Assembly: GCA_048128005.1 (NCBI GenBank)
Contig: JBEUKZ010000054.1
Coordinates: forward strand, 1,488,001-1,552,000
Source: Veleropilina oligotropha
Lineage: Eukaryota
Length of the DNA stretch: 64,000 bases
Direction: 5' to 3'
Below are positions 9,419-19,249 of the stretch, piece by piece. The first letter of the stretch is position 1. Each line of letters opens with the position of its first letter. The notes under the pieces were generated by a model. The model was not told the DNA's origin. It was given only the letters and a program-made list of their open reading frames with translations, and searched no databases. The position numbers and the translations under genes are program-made.

Positions 9419-12400
9419 CAACCGCAAATCCTCGTTTCCGGTTACATTCCAGACACGTTAAGCGCACGTTGTCGCGGGTGTGGCCCCTGCTGTTGTCCAC
9501 ACGGTCGACACTGAACTGCTGTGTGTCCTTCGGGGAATATGCCCAGAGCAGCTCTATGTTGCATGCTGCGCAGCGGTTGTTTTGGGCCTCTCTGAGCCGC
9601 AGGATGTCGTCGACCTTGAGGTTAAACCCCGGGAGTCCCGTTGCCTGGTCCTGGCGTTTGTACGCCACAAGCTTTTTCTGGATGGTCTTTCGGAGCTGTT
9701 GCTCGGTTTGGGGCGCTTGGGGGGGCCTGTCCTCAGAACCCTCATCCGGTGGACAGGTTACCCGTTCGAGCTGACGCAGCAGCTCCACCCGGGACACGGC
9801 TAGGTAGGCGAGATTACTCCACTGAAGGTAGTCGTCGATGATCCAGACTTTCTGTGGGTCGTGAATCGTAAGACCCTGGCTCGAATGGATGGTGAGAGCA
9901 TAGCCCAGGCGCCAATCCGGGGTCAGGATAGCCCGCTCAGCGGCCTCAATGGTGACCTCGACGACGTCGTTCAGAACTAGCTCCTCTCTGTCGCTGGTGC
10001 CCGGAATGGTTACCATGATGTTCTGTTTTCTGCTGTCCCTGGGGTGGTACAGGATAGGCACCATGGAGTCTGGGAAGTGCTCCTTGTGCCTCTGGAGCAA
10101 CAGCTCTTGAGCCCGTTCGCGGACCTTCTGACGGCTTGTGAGGATTAGGTCGCCTGGCTTCCAGGTGTTGACGAACCGGTCCCATCCGAGGCAGCTGGGG
10201 AGGGTCCGTCGCATCTCGTCGCACTGGACTTTGTCGGGCTGGAGACGGATACGTCTTTTCAGGGCTTGGAGGGCAGGGTCGTCTTTCGCCCTGTAGTCTA
10301 CTTCGATCTCTTCATAGTAGTCCGCAGTCTTTCGCAGCCAATCGTGCGGCATCTCGCCCGTAATCGGTGGTGGCTGGCCTTGATCACCACAGCAGATAAC
10401 CTGCACTTCGTGGCGGCCCAGCCAGTCCAAGAACATCTCTAGGATGTGCCGGGGAACAGTACAGACCTCGTCCCAGATAATGACGCGCGGGATGAACTTC
10501 TGACCCATGCGATCAGGCGTCCAGTCGTTCTGGCCGCTCCATCGGAAGAAGCTGTGGTAGGTCTGGGCTTTGACGCCTCTGGTCCGCATCTCTTTAGCGA
10601 GGCGGTGGGTTGGTGTGAACACGACGGGATTCCTTGCCCGAAAGAGCTCGATCGCTCTCGTAGTCTTGCCACAGCCCCCTCCACCGTTGAGGTAACTCAG
10701 GCGATGGTGGGTCAGTGTGTCATTGTAGCATGGCGCGGTGCTCGGCTGGCTGGAATTGGCGGCACAACAATACTCTGGCTTGGGTAGGTATGCGGCATGT
10801 TCCTGTGGCATATACAGCTGTTCGCCCTTGTCACGCCACTGGGCTGGTGCTACTGGCGGGAGGTACGGCTCCGCGATCAGACATGAGATGCACGATTTCT
10901 CGCCACAGCCGCAGAGTCTGGGGGCAACGTACACCGTGACATCGTCGAGCTTCTCCAACGAGGCCTTCTTGAGGTAGATGCTGTCCGTGGCTACCCGGAC
11001 GGCTTCTGCTGCACTGAAACGCTTCAGCATGCTCAAGAGGTTTATGTGTGCATAGGCCAACATGGATGCCCTCAGGTGGGCGTACTGAGGCTGGGAGCCA
11101 TCATAGTATGTGAGGATGTGACCGAGGGGGCATCTCTGAGGAGCGCCAACCAGGGTGCCGCTTTGGCGGGTGTCTCTTACGAGGAAGTCGAGCTCACCCT
11201 GGTCGGTCACCAGTCTACGAGTCAATCTTTTGCCATCGGCTTTGGCGCCTTGGGTGAATTTGCCGATAATGCTGCAGCCCTGGTCACGATTCTCCGGAAG
11301 CCAGACATCGGTCTGGTTTTTGAACGCGATAATGGATTCTCGGATCTTGAGGCTTTTTAGGAGTCCAGATTCTACGAGGAATGCGAGCAGCGGGGTTGGT
11401 GCCCATCCATTCTCTGCAAAGTGCTTTCCGAACCGTGCTACAATGACGGGGTGGATGTCTTGTGCGAACTCCCATTCCACGACCTCAGCAAACCCGGTCC
11501 CGATATCTTGGGGTAGAGGACCGTTAATTGCGACCCGGGTCATGCTGTGGAGTGGGTGTCCGAATCTTTCGAAATAGGGCTTAGCCTCGCCCTTCCCCAG
11601 AAAGCTTGCAGGGTAGCAGGATTTCATATCGATGCAGCAGACATCGCCCGTGTCGTAATTCATGGAATTCCACAGGCCGCCGTGGCCATGCTCTACACAG
11701 GCCTTCTGGATGTCATCGAGCAGGCCCGCTGGGGTCGGTTTCCAGCCGTTGGTCTCTTTGGCCATAATGCTAGCTGCATGGTTCACGCCAAAGGCTCGAT
11801 CGGCTAGGGACTCATTCCCCAGCGCTGTACAGGCTTCTTGGAGTCTCTCGTGATCATCTTTTGTCCTGTACGTGCGGCCGTCCTGAAGCACGAACTGGTT
11901 CACGTTGAGCTGTCGGTCTGTACCGCCTAGGAGCCAGACAGCCAATGGCTCGTTCTGTGTGGCTTGTCGAATAGCTTCCCAGACATCGCCCTCATACAGG
12001 TGGACCTCGCGAGACTGCGGAAAGTGTAGGTCCTTCGACCATGCGTGGCCGTTGTGACAGATGAGTTCTATGGACTTCCACATACTGGCCTGGTATTTTC
12101 CGCTGTTGAAGACGTCCTCGCCGGCGATGTCTCTCAAGATAATCGCCCGCTTCAGTATCTTCTCGAGGATGGATATATCATCCACAGTGGCGCCTGTTAC
12201 ATGGACTCGCTCTTCCCACTCCAGTATTTTCTGCCGCCTTGTCGGGGTGAGTCCGTGTCCTCTAAGGGCACCTTCGAAGTGCTCAACCACTCGTTGGGCA
12301 ACGCAGTTGAGGTCGCCGTTCTTCATCGGAACCAGGTTGGCGGGGTTTGGTTCTCTGAGAGGATAGACGCCGTAGACGACTGCAGTGACCGGGTAGGCAT

Positions 12401-13271
12401 TCTCGTAGTAGACCTTGTCGACCCCAGTGATAGCACCCGGCTTAGTGTCCTGAGAGATCTCAAAGACACCCTGGCCCTTCTTTCTCGCAGCTTTCACCGG
12501 GTCAAACTTGTCTTCGACCACCCAGTCGCCCTCACTCCACTCACGCAAGAACTTTATTCTAAGGACATACTCGCCCTTTGGAAGGGCTGTGAGGAGCTGT
12601 GCCGCCCTTGCATCTGTCATACGGGCATCCAGGGCCGGTGCGATCTTAATGTCCACTTCTACCCTCCATGTGGAGAAAGCCGCCGCGGCGCCATCGACCT
12701 CAAACTCGTCTTTGGCGTCGCTCAAGAGTTCCACCCATGGCTCTTTTGCTGGGAGCCTTACTGGGGGAGGGACCTGGTCATCCAGGTCGATGAATCGTTG
12801 TCCCTCGGGTGTGGTAAATTGCCCTAGAAGATCCTTCTGGTAGTCCTGGGCTGTCCGGGGCGTTTTGGAGATGAGAAGATCGGGCCCCTTCCGAGCAATA
12901 GCATGGGCAAGGGTCTCTTTCCGAGACCGCTTGACGATTCGATCCGTGATGGCGCGAAGTGGCTTCAGTCGAATCCTGGGATTTTTCTCAGCCTGGGATT
13001 CGTATTTACGAGCCTGCAGGGCGGCGTCGACCTCGTCCTTAATCTGCCGCAACTCGCGAGCACGTCGGCCTCTTTTGTGGGGGTTCTCCACATCTCCACG
13101 TATGGAGGGGAACCTTCCCGTTTTCATCGCCCGCTCGAGTCTGCTCCGAAACTCCGCAGCACGGACCCTGGCGATTGCCCTGACGAGGTCGTGCTTCTTG
13201 AGCTTCGACCGAGCGGGAATCCCATAATCTTTCGCTAGATTGCGCAGTTCTCTGAGGGAGACACGTTCCAT
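9408..13271 (-). CDS. Replicase fusion: HEH/Rho-N-like N-terminus + divergent family-B DNA polymerase palm + SF1 (RecD/Pif1-like) helicase + HNH nuclease
   Basis: PolB-like motifs IDMKSCYP, RDQGCSIIGKF, VATDSIY; helicase motifs GGGGCGKTT, FTPTH, IIWDEV, GDQGQPPPI, YALTIHSSQGLT, YLAVSR; C-terminal CAAC...SVDRVDNSRGHTRDNVRLTCLECN. Confidence 0.85.
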   Translation of the reverse strand: MERVSLRELRNLAKDYGIPARSKLKKHDLVRAIARVRAAEFRSRLERAMKTGRFPSIRGDVENPHKRGRRARELRQIKDEVDAALQARKYESQAEKNPRIRLKPLRAITDRIVKRSRKETLAHAIARKGPDLLISKTPRTAQDYQKDLLGQFTTPEGQRFIDLDDQVPPPVRLPAKEPWVELLSDAKDEFEVDGAAAAFSTWRVEVDIKIAPALDARMTDARAAQLLTALPKGEYVLRIKFLREWSEGDWVVEDKFDPVKAARKKGQGVFEISQDTKPGAITGVDKVYYENAYPVTAVVYGVYPLREPNPANLVPMKNGDLNCVAQRVVEHFEGALRGHGLTPTRRQKILEWEERVHVTGATVDDISILEKILKRAIILRDIAGEDVFNSGKYQASMWKSIELICHNGHAWSKDLHFPQSREVHLYEGDVWEAIRQATQNEPLAVWLLGGTDRQLNVNQFVLQDGRTYRTKDDHERLQEACTALGNESLADRAFGVNHAASIMAKETNGWKPTPAGLLDDIQKACVEHGHGGLWNSMNYDTGDVCCIDMKSCYPASFLGKGEAKPYFERFGHPLHSMTRVAINGPLPQDIGTGFAEVVEWEFAQDIHPVIVARFGKHFAENGWAPTPLLAFLVESGLLKSLKIRESIIAFKNQTDVWLPENRDQGCSIIGKFTQGAKADGKRLTRRLVTDQGELDFLVRDTRQSGTLVGAPQRCPLGHILTYYDGSQPQYAHLRASMLAYAHINLLSMLKRFSAAEAVRVATDSIYLKKASLEKLDDVTVYVAPRLCGCGEKSCISCLIAEPYLPPVAPAQWRDKGEQLYMPQEHAAYLPKPEYCCAANSSQPSTAPCYNDTLTHHRLSYLNGGGGCGKTTRAIELFRARNPVVFTPTHRLAKEMRTRGVKAQTYHSFFRWSGQNDWTPDRMGQKFIPRVIIWDEVCTVPRHILEMFLDWLGRHEVQVICCGDQGQPPPITGEMPHDWLRKTADYYEEIEVDYRAKDDPALQALKRRIRLQPDKVQCDEMRRTLPSCLGWDRFVNTWKPGDLILTSRQKVRERAQELLLQRHKEHFPDSMVPILYHPRDSRKQNIMVTIPGTSDREELVLNDVVEVTIEAAERAILTPDWRLGYALTIHSSQGLTIHDPQKVWIIDDYLQWSNLAYLAVSRVELLRQLERVTCPPDEGSEDRPPQAPQTEQQLRKTIQKKLVAYKRQDQATGLPGFNLKVDDILRLREAQNNRCAACNIELLWAYSPKDTQQFSVDRVDNSRGHTRDNVRLTCLECNRKRGFAVVNA

Positions 13272-13312
13272 CGCGATATGACCCTACAACACAAGTCTCT
13301 AATTGGAACTTT

Positions 13313-13612
13313 TTATGTCGTGCGCGACAGCAACTCGCGCAATACTGCGCCGTAGAGACGGCGAGCTCGGTTTTTAGTGTTTATGAGAGCCTGGGCGGCA
13401 CGACGACCTCCACATGGTCTACACACCAGAACGGCCGATTTCGTGCCCTTGCCACATCTCTTACATGGCGGGGATGGTGTTATACCCATCCGAATTTGCC
13501 GTCGATGGGCATTGCAAAATTCGTTGACGCAGCTACGACCACAAACTCCAGCGGCATTAACTGTCAACCAAGGGCATACATTCTTTCCCCACATAGTTAT
13601 CGCGTATACCAT
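13313..13612 (-). CDS. Small Cys-rich (putative zinc-binding) viral protein
   Basis: CPW...CGRSC...FCNAH...CKRC...CRPC followed by a basic tail. Confidence 0.65.
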   Translation of the reverse strand: MVYAITMWGKNVCPWLTVNAAGVCGRSCVNEFCNAHRRQIRMGITPSPPCKRCGKGTKSAVLVCRPCGGRRAAQALINTKNRARRLYGAVLRELLSRTT

Positions 13613-13653
13613 AGTATATACCAGTCTCTAAATAGGTTATGACACTAACACAC

Positions 13654-14288
13654 AAGAGCCCGGGCCGGCGAGGGTAGTGGGCCGTCCCTACGGGCTCTTA
13701 CTACATACTACTATATCGGCATGTTAGACGCTGTGTAGTTATACTTGAAATCAACATGCCGCAGGAAGACATTCCTACGCTGTACAGCGAACGGAGCTTC
13801 AGGCGCGTTAAAAACCTCTTAAACCGGGGCTATAACGTTTTGATCGTTGTACTCGACGATGGTGAACAAGCGATATATAAGAAGAAGACCAAAGACGGTA
13901 GAAAGGGAGTTGTACGAAATCAAACGCTGGCGGGCCCTCAGTGATGTCCTGTAGCCTTCGCCGGGCTGCTATTTTGCCATTCTAAAAAGTCCAATCACCC
14001 CCCCTGCTACTGCTCGCATAACTGAGGAGCCCGGGCCGGCTCGGGTAGTGGGCCGTCCCCGGGGGCTCTATATAGTCTACGTTGGGTCGGAAAAGGTGCA
14101 TTCATCCCCACAGTAATACCAGCTCGGTTCTGAACGGGTGCTGGGAGCCGTATTTTCCCATTCTAAAAAGTCCAATCACCCTCCCTGCTGCTGAGTTGAG
14201 ATCCATATTAATTCTGAAAAGGTGGTGGGAGCCTTAATTTCTCTCGCCGCGCCCCCACATAAAAGGTATGGTCACCCCCCCTGCTGCT
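13654..14288. repeat. Structured terminal region of the viral element (probable right terminal repeat)
   Basis: Two near-identical GC hairpins (13654-13699, 14027-14068), a ~43-bp direct repeat (13970-14012, 14151-14193) and three TCACCC..CCTGCT(G/A)CT motifs. Confidence 0.7.
13756..13944 (+). CDS. Small viral ORF near the terminus
   Basis: 62-aa ATG-initiated ORF lying between the two terminal hairpins; no recognisable motif. Confidence 0.35.
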   Translation: MPQEDIPTLYSERSFRRVKNLLNRGYNVLIVVLDDGEQAIYKKKTKDGRKGVVRNQTLAGPQ

Positions 14289-15092
14289 TATGCTCCAGAA
14301 TCGATATCGATTACATACAGACAGACGGATGGACAGACAGACTGTAGGCGATCGCAAGATCCCACAGTTTGCATCGGGGGGGGGGGGGGATAATAAAGTA
14401 CATTTCAAAAATTAAATTTCAAAGCATAATTATAAAAAATATTTTGCACACTGTTCAGTGTTTTTGATCATTCTAGTCCAGGTCAATATAAATTATATAA
14501 GCAATTTTTTAAAAATATATATTTCTGAAATGTAAAAGTAGCAAAAGCCATAACTACTCAACCTCGTGAAGCTATACTGTATGATTTGGGAGATATGCTC
14601 CAGTCAAAAGTGTCGCACAGTATAGTCTATGTCAATCTTATATCTGCCATTTTTTGTAAAAATAAGAATTTCAGAAACCTTAAAAATAGCAAAAGGCACA
14701 ACCACTTAACTTAGTTAATGTTTGTACCAAGTTTTGAGATGCTAGCGTGTACGGTTTGGCAGATATGCTCTGGACAAAGGCGTCGCCCATTATAGTCAAA
14801 CTAATATCCGCCATTATTTTAAATAAAAAATTTCTAAAACTAGCAAAAGCCACAAATACTCAACCTAGTTAATGTGTGTACCATGTTTCGTGAATCTATC
14901 CTGCATGATTTGGGAGATATGCTCCAGACAAAAGAATTGTACACCCCCATTCGGTGCATTCGTTCATTGTAATTAATGTGCATACCAAGTTTCGTGAATC
15001 TAGCATGTACAATTTGGAAGATATGCTTCGGACAAAGGCGTCAACCATTATTGTCTATGTCAATCTTATATCCGTAGAACGGGGGTATAATA
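14289..15092. repeat. Host Helentron-associated (HINE-like) repeats with ~170-bp internal units
   Basis: GACA/GGAC microsatellite and GGGGGATAA end at 14316-14395; recurring GATATGCTC...CAAA units at about 14590, 14760, 14915 and 15020; end GGGGGTATAA at about 15090. Confidence 0.55.
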
Positions 15093-15413
15093 AGTCATTT
15101 TATTATGCACTGTATTTTCCATGTAAAACGTGCTCTAAGCGCAAGACAATCTAACGTATTCTAAGTGTTGTAGAATAGATTGTTCATGGTCATAATGGAT
15201 AATATTATAGGTATTTTTTACTTAATTTTAGAACTTTTATTAAACTGAAAATTTTGAATGGCAGTTACGAAGAATGAACACAACATGTGACTAAGGCCAT
15301 TCGATAATGGCAGAAAAGTCGAAATTTCAATTTCAAAAAGGGAATTCAATTGAATATTCACTTAAAACAAACTTGACAAATAGTAGAAATGACATGCCAG
15401 CGGGCCCACTCAC

Positions 15414-15684
15414 CTAATAAATGTGTCCAAATATTTCCTGTTTCTGTGTGGATTCTAAAAATTGACGTAAAACAAACACGAAATGAGTTTGTCGGTGGCC
15501 GATGCCCTTTGATAAGAAAATCGTTGTCCTTGAGCCAGTTGGGCAGTGACCGGTGGTGGACCACGTTCCAGCCTGCCTTCCATACCTTCTTGACAAATTC
15601 CTCGGCTTGTTCCGAGCAGCTTGGGCTCACAGTGAGAATATCCGGTTCCTGAATGTCTACACTGTCTACGTCGCTGTCCAGCAC
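15414..15684 (-). CDS. ADIPOR: Adiponectin receptor (PAQR family) internal coding exon
   Basis: EQAEEFVKKVWKAGWNVVHHRSLPNWLKDNDFLIKGHRPP...CFTSIFRIHTETGNIWTHLLG is the AdipoR signature. Flanked by a tttcag acceptor and a GTGAGT donor. Confidence 0.95.
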
Positions 15685-15919
15685 CTGAAACAACCAAACA
15701 TAGCATGATGTAGAGGTGTAACGTTAGTGACGCCACGATACGATACGTATCACGATATGTGCTAAGTACTACATTAGTATGCATTACTAGATTTCAATAA
15801 CATGTATGCGCGATAATAATTTATTATATGCCAGTCGTTTTCCGACGCCTATTCTCGCACAGTTTTCCGAGACCCTGTATCACGGACACAGCTGATATCG
15901 ATTCAGACTAGAGGTATAA

Positions 15920-16342
15920 TCCTCATACAGGCCCGCCTTTTGGATATATAAATCCATAGAGAGGAAAATAATCAATAACTCTATATCTTCAAAGTGCACG
16001 AAAATGACCTTGACCTTTGACCCAGAGACTCCATTTTTGAGCTTAACCAAGGCCTGATGGTATACAAGGTGCATACCCAAGATCAAAGCTGTAGGTCCAG
16101 CGGTTCATCTTCTATGTGACAGACAGCAATCTTCGAAGTGCCAGAACGGAAATACACGAAAATGACCTTGACCTTTGACCCAGCGACCCCATCTTTGAAC
16201 TTGGGCTAGGCCTGATGGTATATAAGATGTATACCAAATATGAAAGGAGTAAGTCCAGCGGTTCATCTTCTGTGTGACAGAAAGCATCAGGCGACGGATG
16301 CCAGTACACGGCTATAGCCCTGCCTTTAGAAGGCGGGCCAAA
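15920..16342. repeat. HINE-like element with two ~160-bp AAATGACCTTGACCTTTGACC units
   Basis: Units at about 16001 and 16160; GCCCGCCTT near the 5' end and a GCCCTGCCTT...AAGGCGGGC stem-loop at the 3' end. Confidence 0.5.
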
Positions 16343-18184
16343 ACGTCTCCTGCTTATATATTCACATGAAAACGTCTCCTGTTTATATATTCAAAATGGC
16401 TGACAAATCGTAGGAACTACTTCCAATATAGTCCTATACCATTTCATCCTCTCTTACAGATTCGTGACTAAAATTACCATAATCTTTCGATTCAATTTAA
16501 TAAGAAACTTGTTGTGGCATATAATAAAAATGTTATCAGTTATTGTGTGGATTCTCGTAGTTTTCACGATTAATCCGCCGCAAAAACTACGACGTCACTC
16601 GAGGTTTCCAATGTACCAGAATCAACACAATACTGATATCATTATACTGTCCTAATTCCATTATCGTCATCCACTGGAAATCCAAAATACTACCACACCG
16701 CTAACCAAGACAACAAACTATTCACTGTTTCAACCATAGACTTGATATTTACGTCTATGTTTCAACGTCGCAGGATATCATTTGAATGTCGAACCTCGTT
16801 GGTTATATAAATAGTAACATGAACTCTCAACTGAGCACACCTGGCAACTAGGCCAGCCAAAATATATATTAGTTTATCATCAGGAAATGAAATTCTTGCT
16901 CTTGCTTGACCCAGTGAGAAAGATAACTTATGTTCATAACATGTTGTTGTTGTCATACATAATGTCTTATTACATTTATGTAAATAAAATAAACATAATG
17001 AATTAAGAGCACACTTTTAGTTGTTTTTTGGGAAAATAAGCCAAAGAACCTAATTATTATTTTTGTTAGCCTATTTTAACTGGCACGAATTATCTGGAAA
17101 GTTTATTTCGCAATAGACGTATGGGTTTTACATCGGTATGTAGAACATTAGCGAATTAAAATTGCTATTTAATAGTTGTTGACTTAACTAAATTGCAAGT
17201 TGTATATATATATAAATATTAAATGTAAATTAGCTAAATGTATATTATACCGTATATATTATATATATTATACCCGATGCCGTAAGTATCGTTTGACGAT
17301 GAATGGTCAGTCTTATTGTATCGCGGTTCGTATGGCATAATGCAACCAACTATAGCATAACACAACCTAACATGGTACAATATAACTGAATATGGCATAA
17401 TACAATAAAAAAGCAAGTCGTATACATGATAATATAATGGAAGGAAGAAAGTTCATCCGAAAAATGTTAATTTAAAAGATATATTGCTTATCGTCGATGT
17501 CATTTCCTTATCAATAGGTCATCCTCAATATACAGCAATATCCACGTTAAACATTACATAAAACTGTTTAGGAACTCTAGAGTCTCCGTGCATATTGAAG
17601 ACATCTGCTGAAAAAGCAAAAGGGTTTATACAATCCTGGGCTACAAACGTATATATAAATATCCAATAACTGTTTAATATTAAAGGAAGCATAATTGTAC
17701 ATCAATTTATCACATGAAGCTGTTATGCAATGACTAAACCCATTTCATATTTTCAATAAGGATCACACGCTGCATAACTATGCAAATGAGGGCGAGCATG
17801 ATGCCATCCCTAGTCGCATCATCCTAATTCATACGCGTTGACTTGTCGTACGCTGACAAAACAAAGACGTCTGAGCTAGTAACAAATTACCGGACTATTT
17901 TTATTGGCGTGTGTATTTTGGCGTGGCACATGCTGTCGAGGCATGATGCGTCTGAGGCAGGCCATATTATGACTGAAAATACTGACAGAAATAAATTTAA
18001 ATAAGTTTAAAGGTAAATAAAGTCATGTGATAAAGAAGATCTCAAATTTGTTTCCGTTTCATATATGAGAATTATGAAAAACGTCAGCAAATTAATGTAC
18101 CTCACCAAGGCTCGGTACATAAATTGTGCCCGACTCGTTTCATAATTCTCATATGAAATGGAAACTCGTTTAATATCCTCTATA

Positions 18185-19249
18185 CAGGGTGTCTCATAAA
18201 AATGTACGGAAAAGTAATTTAATATCACAAATTTATACATAAATCAATATTTTCAAAAACTTTTTGCATGGTCATGTAGCCGTAGCATGTAAGCTTTGGC
18301 CACAATGCACAGTTTCATTTCGGCCTTTCCATATTACTATTTTAACTCGGTACTTTCAAAACACGTGGTCGATGTCGCCCAATAACAGCCAGCATCTTAA
18401 CTGCAGTATTTTTCACCACGTCTTTAAATGTTTCACGTGGAATGTTAAGGATCTCCCTACGAATGTTTGCCTTCAGTTATTATTCAAGGTCTCTAGGTTT
18501 TGGATTGGCATAAATGCAGTCCCACATGAAAAAAGCCAGGAGACGTAAATACAGGGGAGTAGAGGAGGGTGGTCACTCAACTTTTCCTGAAAGCTACCTC
18601 CCTAATTCAAGTATCCTTGTCTGTTGTTGAGGTGTTGTGACAACTTAACTCACTTATGAGTGTATTTTGCATGGGAAGAGAAGTAAATCGGCCCATAGAA
18701 CAGTAGAACACAGTATGCTGCACAGATGCACGATGAATATTAGTTTCTGCAGAGAGACGACAAACTGTTTTTCTACTAATGCATTCAACTGCTTCTCTAA
18801 CAGCATTCACACTCTCCGCAGAGCGAGCGCTTCTCCTCCTACATGTCATATTGAACACTTAGTCTCTTATTAATGATGCACACAGTTTCCAGAATGTAAA
18901 ACTTCGCAACATTTCTGCGTATTGTTCCATCAGTTAGAGCATTAGCTGTCACAGTGTTGAAACATTTTCGATACTTGCGCGGGATCTGCACGATTGATTT
19001 CAACAACTGTTGCCAGAACTGCACAATATTCGTCCTCTGAATGGGAGTCAATGCAGCATTTTATATAACTTTACTATCTTTCAAAGCAAACTTTAGGCTT
19101 CAAATGTGACATTTCCTTTAACTCTATTTTGTTAAAAAACAAACTTAAGGCTTCTTGAAATAAAAAAAACACTATTAGTTCCCGATTATACTTTTTTCGG
19201 ATACTTATTTTCCAGAGATTTTTTCCGTACATTTTTTTGCGACACCCTA
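18185..19249 (-). mobile_element. Degenerate Tc1/mariner transposon
   Basis: TIRs CAGGGTGTCTCATAAAAATGTACGGAAAA / TTTTCCGTACATTTTTTTGCGACACCCTA flanked by TA; fragmented transposase HTH region (ORFs 18839-19051 and 18607-18858). Confidence 0.85.

Larger units (their letters stand above)
1..14288. mobile_element. Endogenous Polinton-like / MELD-type dsDNA virus (left part outside window)
   Basis: Intronless, tightly packed ORFs with higher GC than the flank, including capsid-like genes, A32 ATPase, rve integrase and a PolB-helicase fusion. Candidate right terminus ...CCCCCCCTGCTGCT at 14288; the exact end is less certain than the element call. Confidence 0.9.

Noticed and set aside
9469..13238. 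Plus-strand ORFs opposite the replicase (e.g. 12045-12827)
   Set aside because: Antisense shadows of a GC-rich gene, with no recognisable motifs.
1..14288. Bacterial prophage or contaminant
   Set aside because: An rve integrase, A32 ATPase and Polinton-type capsid genes point to a eukaryotic virus; no tail, terminase or portal genes are visible.
17555..17607. Additional small AdipoR exon (tttttcag acceptor on minus strand)
   Set aside because: No convincing in-phase donor and no recognisable homology; cannot be supported without RNA data.
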